UHGV virus genome: UHGV-0116491
Strand: one strand, 5' to 3'
Origin: a virus
DNA length: 10,946 nt
Below the pieces are notes generated by a model, which did not search any database, had not been told where the DNA came from, and saw only the letters and a list, made by a program, of their open reading frames with translations. A program made the position numbers and the translations under genes. Below are positions 6,667 to 10,946 of the stretch, piece after piece. Each line of letters starts with the position of its first letter. The stretch's first letter is position 1.

Positions 6667-7359
6667 TTAATTGTGTCGCTTAAGGGTCTGTGACTGACTG
6701 ATTAAGACCTTTCCAAAGACCATAAACCGGTGTTCGTTTTCGCTGGTAATTCCCCATTCGCGGTAAATCTGATTATCAGAAATTACCAGCAGTTTATCAG
6801 GTATCATTTGCAGTCGTTTGACGTAAATTTTATCATCAAAACCAAATACATATATACCATCCCCATCAAACTGATTGATACTGATATCAACGAAGATGAG
6901 ATCTCCTGGCTCAATGGTTGGACACATACTGTCCCCACGAACGTTGATAACTTTAATGTGATTTGCTGGTCGTCCACCAAACATCGATACAGCATTATCA
7001 GTTCTGTATTCAATGGCATGAATCACATCAATGACATCACCGCCCTGGATAAGGCCATTTCCCGCACTGGCACTGACATCCAGCATTTCAATACGGAATA
7101 CATCCTTCACCTGCGCAACATCCTCACTAATACTGTTTTTACATACAGTATTACTTTTGAGGTCTGAGGTAAAGAGATCAGCAATATCAACACCTAAGCT
7201 CCTGGCAATATTACTCAGGGCTTGTTCAGTGAATTGTTTCTGCTTACCTGTTTCGAGGCGCGAGATATTCGCCGCATCCACTCCTATTGCTTCAGCGAGA
7301 TCGGCGATTTTCATGTTCTTCGCCTGGCGAAGTTGTCTGACTCGATTTCCTATGTTCAT
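6667..7359 (-). CDS. cI: CI-type prophage repressor: N-terminal XRE-family HTH plus C-terminal S24 (LexA-like) autopeptidase, 230 aa
   Basis: HTH region IADLAEAIGVDAANISRLETG; Ala-Gly cleavage site (SASAGNG); GDSM serine motif and downstream KRL lysine; divergent from a Cro-like gene. Confidence 0.9.
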   Translation of the reverse strand: MNIGNRVRQLRQAKNMKIADLAEAIGVDAANISRLETGKQKQFTEQALSNIARSLGVDIADLFTSDLKSNTVCKNSISEDVAQVKDVFRIEMLDVSASAGNGLIQGGDVIDVIHAIEYRTDNAVSMFGGRPANHIKVINVRGDSMCPTIEPGDLIFVDISINQFDGDGIYVFGFDDKIYVKRLQMIPDKLLVISDNQIYREWGITSENEHRFMVFGKVLISQSQTLKRHN

Positions 7360-7456
7360 GCGTTTATTACATTTCTTTATTGCGCGTTAAGCAAATCAAC
7401 TTGCGCAAAATATTTGCGTGAAATAATATGCTCATCACGCAATATGTGGAGGTTAT
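7360..7456. promoter_or_regulatory. OR region with divergent pRM (leftward) and pR (rightward) and operator-like repeats
   Basis: pR candidate: TTGCGC (7401-7406), 17 bp, TAATAT (7424-7429). pRM candidate on minus: TTGCTT (7394-7389), 17 bp, TGTAAT (7371-7366), ending 6 nt before the cI ATG with no SD. Operator-like TTGCGCGTTAAGCAA (7380-7394) and near-palindrome CGCAAAATATTTGCG (7404-7418). Confidence 0.55.
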
Positions 7457-7717
7457 ATGCAATCACCATTACGGAATGTGCGTAAGGCGCACGGATTTAC
7501 TTTGCAGCATGTTGCTGCGGGCGTTCAGGTCAATCCAGCGACGCTGAGTCGTATTGAAAGACTGGAACAAATTCCATCTATCGATCTTGCAGAACGTCTG
7601 GCCAATTTTTTTAAGGGTGAAATCAGCGAAATGCAGATTCTTTATCCGGCACGTTTTCAATCTAGCCAAAACCAGAATGGGTTTAAACCACAGGAACAGG
7701 AGGTAAGCCGTGGGTAA
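7457..7717 (+). CDS. cro: Cro-like HTH regulator (86 aa)
   Basis: ATG at 7457 with GGAGG 5 nt upstream; HTH region FTLQHVAAGVQVNPATLSRIER; divergent from the repressor gene. Confidence 0.8.
   Translation: MQSPLRNVRKAHGFTLQHVAAGVQVNPATLSRIERLEQIPSIDLAERLANFFKGEISEMQILYPARFQSSQNQNGFKPQEQEVSRG
7469..7669 (-). CDS. This -strand reading frame runs 201 nt (66 codons) without a stop; no product assigned
   Basis: An open frame of 201 nt on the - strand, long enough to be a gene and not just a gap between stop codons; no ribosome-binding site or similarity was checked. Confidence 0.3.
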   Translation of the reverse strand: MARLKTCRIKNLHFADFTLKKIGQTFCKIDRWNLFQSFNTTQRRWIDLNARSNMLQSKSVRLTHIP

Positions 7718-8261
7718 GCATCATTGGAAAGTGGAAAAACAACCCGAGTGGTACGTGAAAGCTGTCAGAAAAACTATCGCGGCATTGCCTAGGGGTTACG
7801 CTGAAGCTGCTGACTGGCTGGATGTAACAGAGAACGCTTTATTCAACCGCCTTCGTGCAGATGGCGATCAGATTTTCCCGCTGGGATGGGCAATGGTTTT
7901 ACAGCGCGCGGCTGGCACTCACTACATTGCGGATGCTGTCGCACAGTCTGCTGGTGGGGTGTTCGTATCGCTTCCTGAAATTGAGGAAGTAGAGAACGCC
8001 GATATAAACCAGCGCCTGCTGGAAGTCATCGAACAGATCGGGAATTACTCAAAGCAGATTCGTTCGGCAATCGAAGATGGGGTCGTGGAGCCACACGAGC
8101 AGACAGCAATTAATGATGAGTTGTATCTGTCAATTTCGAAGCTCCAGGAGCATGCAGCACTGGTCTACAAAATCTTCTGCGCTCCAGAAAAGAGTGACGC
8201 CCGCGAGTGTGCAGCTCCGGGCGTCGTGGCGTTTTGTGTCTGTGGAGAAACTAACGCATGA
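7710..8261 (+). CDS. CII-like phage regulatory protein (YdaT/CP76-like), 183 aa, GTG start
   Basis: GTG at 7710 with GGAGG 6 nt upstream, overlapping the Cro-like stop; position (third gene of the rightward operon) and size match CII/YdaT-type proteins; family assignment from memory. Confidence 0.65.
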   Translation: MGKHHWKVEKQPEWYVKAVRKTIAALPRGYAEAADWLDVTENALFNRLRADGDQIFPLGWAMVLQRAAGTHYIADAVAQSAGGVFVSLPEIEEVENADINQRLLEVIEQIGNYSKQIRSAIEDGVVEPHEQTAINDELYLSISKLQEHAALVYKIFCAPEKSDARECAAPGVVAFCVCGETNA

Positions 8262-8862
8262 ACAGTTTAACGGCAAATAACCGTTTGTCGCAACAGCTGG
8301 TGGTCAGTGTCGCTGAACACCTGTTGTTACGGCATGAATGCAGATTACCAAATCACTTGGCTGTAAGTAACCACAGAGAACTTTACCTGACTGTGGGGGG
8401 CGAGTTGTGCAGGAACTTAACCGCTGGTTTCGTGACGGAAGAGGGCTTTATGTCCATGTTATTCGTTGGGAGCCAGAAACACAGCGCGTTATCTATCTTC
8501 GCAAAGACTACCCGCATGAGTGCTTTAGTCCTTTGTGGAAATTCAGGCGTGATTTTGTTGAGTGTGAAGGACCACCAGCACATTGATTCTGCCATTCCGG
8601 GACGTTACACTGTTCAGGCACCTTATAAAGCGGGTGCCGGGCGTGGAAACCCGGAATTCACCAAAGCGCACAACCGCGCTCTTGCGGTTTTTTTGTGTAA
8701 TGAGCAGCATTACGCCCAAATTATGGTGGGGCGTGCAGGGCCAACTTCGGTTGGGCCGGGTTCTTTGGTGACCGGTATTTCCACCCCTGTACGTCTCACC
8801 ACCAATAAGGTCGTGGAAAGCCTTGGTGGTGAGTTATTAAAAATCACCAAAGAGGCTGCCAT
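8258..8862 (+). CDS. Unresolved ORF that overlaps the CII-like stop (ATGA) and runs in-frame into the Rha gene with no stop; either an N-terminal extension (full ORF 8258..9409, 383 aa) or a frameshifted / dual-coding segment
   Basis: ATG at 8258 with GGAG 10 nt upstream. Codon usage in 8585-8862 is strongly coding-like (all five Arg codons are CGT/CGC; ACC x6, GGT x5). No recognisable domain. Confidence 0.35.
8407..8586 (+). CDS. Alternative -1 frame ORF (59 aa, GTG start) inside the unresolved segment
   Basis: GTG at 8407, 6 nt after a G6 run; product VQELNRWFRDGRGLYVHVIRWEPETQRVIYLRKDYPHECFSPLWKFRRDFVECEGPPAH is protein-like, with 6 of 8 Arg codons CGT/CGC. Just under the ORF-track length threshold. 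Confidence 0.3.
   Translation: MQELNRWFRDGRGLYVHVIRWEPETQRVIYLRKDYPHECFSPLWKFRRDFVECEGPPAH
8672..8694 (+). terminator. Terminator-like hairpin plus T-tract inside the unresolved segment; contains a boxA-like CGCTCTT
   Basis: AACCGC-GCTCTT-GCGGTT followed by T5 (T7 in total); CGCTCTT at 8677-8683. Lies inside a frame that looks coding, so it may be coincidental. Confidence 0.3.
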
Positions 8863-8863
8863 C

Positions 8864-9409
8864 ATGGCTACGATCCCAACCCTCACTCAACCTGAAATTG
8901 CCATCGTTGATGGTCAGGCTGTTACTTCATCCTTGGCTGTTGCCAACTTCTTCTCCAAACGTCATGACGATGTACTGAAAAAGATCCGCACGCTTGAATG
9001 CTCTGCATCATTCACTTCCCGCAATTTTTCGGTGAGTGATTACACCGATTGCACAGGCCGCAAACTACCTTGCTATCAAATAACCCGCGACGGCTTTGCG
9101 TTTCTTGCTATGGGTTTCACGGGTAAACGTGCTGCCCAGTTCAAAGAGGCATACATCAATGCCTTTAACCAGATGGAGAAACAGCTTTCAAATCCCTCTG
9201 TACTGAGCGACGTTGCACATAACGCCAGCGTTCTCTATTCCTACATTTCATCAATTCATCAGGTCTGGCTGCAGCAGCTTTATCCTATGTTGGCAAAAGC
9301 CGAATCTCCGCTGGCTGTTAGCTTGTATGACTATATTAATGATGCTTCGGCGCTGGCCTGCCTCATAAATTTGTCGCTGAATCCTTCAGAGGTAAGGGGG
9401 CGCAAATGA
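8864..9409 (+). CDS. rha: Rha-family phage regulatory protein (181 aa)
   Basis: ATG at 8864 with AGAGG 8 nt upstream; N-terminal region (FFSKRHDDVLKKIRTLECSASFTSRNFSVSDYTDCTGRKLPCYQITRDGFAFLAMGFTGKRAAQFKEAYINAFNQME) matches the Rha domain pattern as I recall it, in its usual N-terminal position. Confidence 0.7.
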   Translation: MATIPTLTQPEIAIVDGQAVTSSLAVANFFSKRHDDVLKKIRTLECSASFTSRNFSVSDYTDCTGRKLPCYQITRDGFAFLAMGFTGKRAAQFKEAYINAFNQMEKQLSNPSVLSDVAHNASVLYSYISSIHQVWLQQLYPMLAKAESPLAVSLYDYINDASALACLINLSLNPSEVRGRK

Positions 9410-9630
9410 TCCGGAATATTTTCAAACGGTTTACCAATCAGACTTTCCGTTGTCCTCGTCCGGGTCAGTGGTACACCACACCTGCAGGACATGTTCTACG
9501 TGTTAGCCTGGTTGACCGTGAATGTCAGAAGGTGATTTGTGAACCGCTGGGCCGTAATTACCGCGTCAGTATGCCGCTTATAGCCTTTCGCTCCGGAAAA
9601 AACATGAAGCATCTCGGAGGTGCTGCATGA
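9406..9630 (+). CDS. Small hypothetical protein (74 aa)
   Basis: ATG overlaps the Rha stop (ATGA) and its own stop overlaps the next ATG (ATGA); consistent with translational coupling. Confidence 0.55.
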   Translation: MIRNIFKRFTNQTFRCPRPGQWYTTPAGHVLRVSLVDRECQKVICEPLGRNYRVSMPLIAFRSGKNMKHLGGAA

Positions 9631-10445
9631 GTATGGAGCTGATGGTTAAAGCGATGAAAATTCGAGTGGGTAATCCATTGCGAAAACTGGTTCTGATCAA
9701 GCTGGCTGATAATGCCAGCGATCAGGGGGAGTGCTGGCCCAGCTACCAGCATATTGCTGACCAGTGCGAGATTAGCAAACGTTCTGTGATGAATCATATT
9801 GCGGCCCTTTGTGAGTCCGGGCTAGTAAAAAAAGTCACTCGGAAAGGTGAAAAAGGTAACTCAAGTAATATCTATCTCCTTCATCTGGATGGTGCAGGAG
9901 ATTCACTAGGGGGTAGTGCAAATAATTCACTATCTGGTGCAGCAAATTCACCAGGTAGTGCAGGAGTTGCACCAGGGGGTAGTGCAGGAGATTCACCCAG
10001 AACCAGTCACTCTTTTGAACCAGTCAAAGAACCAGTCAATGAACCAATAGCTGTTGGTGCATCTGCTGATGAGTCTGTGCGAGTTCGTTCAAACCGACCG
10101 GAATACTCTCCGGAGTTTGAGCAGGCATGGCTGGCATATCCCAAACGTGCTGGTGGCAATTCAAAATCTGCAGCCTTCAAAGCCTGGAAAGCCCGTTTGA
10201 ATGAGGGGGTAAATCCCGAAACCATGCTGGAAGGTGTGAAACGCTATGCGGGCTGGGTATCTGCGATGGGTAACAGCGGCACACAATTTGTGAAACAGGC
10301 TGTCACGTTCTTTGGTCCGGATCGTCATTTCGAAGAATCCTGGGAAGTTCCTGCGGTATCTGCAGCCAGACGTGAGGACCCGTACTTCAAAGCCAGTTAC
10401 GACAACGTGGACTACAGCCAGATCCCGGCAGGATTCAGGGGGTGA
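9627..10445 (+). CDS. Lambda O-like replication initiator (N-terminal HTH), 272 aa
   Basis: N-terminal winged-HTH-like region (LRKLVLIKLADNASDQGECWPSYQHIADQCEISKRSVMNHIAALCESGLV); iteron-like direct repeats embedded mid-gene, as in lambda O. Confidence 0.75.
   Translation: MSMELMVKAMKIRVGNPLRKLVLIKLADNASDQGECWPSYQHIADQCEISKRSVMNHIAALCESGLVKKVTRKGEKGNSSNIYLLHLDGAGDSLGGSANNSLSGAANSPGSAGVAPGGSAGDSPRTSHSFEPVKEPVNEPIAVGASADESVRVRSNRPEYSPEFEQAWLAYPKRAGGNSKSAAFKAWKARLNEGVNPETMLEGVKRYAGWVSAMGNSGTQFVKQAVTFFGPDRHFEESWEVPAVSAARREDPYFKASYDNVDYSQIPAGFRG
9891..10038. repeat. Iteron-like direct repeats with internal dyad symmetry, then 3.5 tandem GAACCAGTCA units; candidate replication origin inside the O-like gene
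   Basis: 16-mers RGTGCAGSARWTKCAC at 9891-9906, 9936-9951, 9957-9972 and 9981-9996 (each GTGCA...TGCAC); GAACCAGTCA at 10000-10009, 10017-10026 and 10029-10038. Confidence 0.6.
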
Positions 10446-10447
10446 TC

Positions 10448-10927
10448 ATGAGCCTTATGAGTGAGATTCAAAAATTCATTGAAAGCAATCCTGGATGTAC
10501 GACCGGTGATATTGCGAACGCGTTTGCATACTTTCCACGTCCCCGTGTACTGAATACGACCAGTAAGTTACGCCAGTGCAGACGTGTCGCTTATCGCAGT
10601 GAAGGCAAAACACACAGGCATTTTTCTCGCAAGGCTGTATTGCCACCTGAGCCGGTGCTGAAACATATGAGTGTGGCCAGTAAAAGCTACGTCGGCACTA
10701 ATGATCAGCGGGTGATTTTGCGCCTGATTCAGCAGGCAGAAGATCTGGAGTCCAGAGGTTTATTCCGCCGGGCTGCAACGGTGTGGATGGAGGCATTCCG
10801 TGAAAGCCACTCCCAGCCAGAGCGAAACAATTTTCTTGCGCGTCGTGAACGGTGTTTACGGAAAAGCAGCAAGCGCGCTGTATCGGGTGATGAGTGGTAT
10901 CTGTCAGGGAATTACGTGGGGGCTTAA
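10448..10927 (+). CDS. PerC-like transcriptional regulator (159 aa)
   Basis: ATG at 10448 with a purine-rich RBS (CAGGGGG) 5 nt upstream; C-terminal LESRGLFRRAATVWMEAF resembles the PerC/ANR RRAA-x-W motif (from memory). Confidence 0.55.
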   Translation: MSLMSEIQKFIESNPGCTTGDIANAFAYFPRPRVLNTTSKLRQCRRVAYRSEGKTHRHFSRKAVLPPEPVLKHMSVASKSYVGTNDQRVILRLIQQAEDLESRGLFRRAATVWMEAFRESHSQPERNNFLARRERCLRKSSKRAVSGDEWYLSGNYVGA

Positions 10928-10946
10928 TGAGTAATAAATATTGCCA
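10927..10946 (+). CDS. Start of a further rightward gene, truncated by the window end
   Basis: ATG at 10927-10929 overlaps the upstream TAA stop (TAATG); only 6 codons (MSNKYC) are visible. Confidence 0.25.

Noticed and set aside
6730-7390. ORFs 6730..7167(+), 6804..7019(-), 7031..7390(+) and 7222..7485(+) around the repressor gene
   Set aside because: Antisense to or out of frame with the well-supported CI repressor (HTH + S24 motifs); no RBS.
8077-8771. Further overlapping ORFs in the rightward region: 8077..8280(+), 8383..8595(-) and 8583..8771(+)
   Set aside because: They overlap the CII-like gene or the unresolved segment in other frames or antisense; no SD; 8583..8771 starts at TTG and uses rare CGG/AGG codons.
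9558-10225. Minus-strand ORFs 9558..9797 and 10007..10225
   Set aside because: Antisense to the O-like replication gene; 10007..10225 is the antisense reading of the iteron/low-complexity segment.
1-10946. tRNA, rRNA, CRISPR array, IS/transposase or integrase
   Set aside because: No T-loop-like GGTTCGAATCC motifs, no spaced direct-repeat arrays, and no integrase- or transposase-like ORF were seen; the integrase and att site presumably lie left of the window.

Overview
This window looks like the immunity and early region of a lambdoid enterobacterial prophage, with gene content resembling the E. coli CPS-53/KplE1 family (recognised from memory, not searched). Left to right: a small plus-strand cargo module (GNAT-like protein and a 57-aa basic protein) ending at a bidirectional terminator; a minus-strand early-left operon of about ten genes with overlapping stop/start codons (PrtN/excisionase-family protein, DEDDh exonuclease, DUF551 protein, Ea22-like protein, zinc-ribbon protein, HD-domain YfdR-like, YfdQ-like, YfdP-like); a roughly 600-nt ORF-free structured leader; a CI-type HTH + S24 peptidase repressor divergent from Cro-like and CII/YdaT-like genes; an unresolved 600-bp segment; a Rha-family gene; an O-like replication initiator with internal iterons; and a PerC-like regulator. 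The two most unusual things are (1) the ORF-free leader sitting where lambda carries N/rexAB, containing an intrinsic terminator and a 15-bp perfect inverted repeat but no N-like gene, and (2) the segment 8258-8862, where two overlapping reading frames both look coding and switch at a G6 tract. No tRNA, rRNA, CRISPR array, IS element or integrase was found. All family assignments are from motifs and recollection; no database search was possible.
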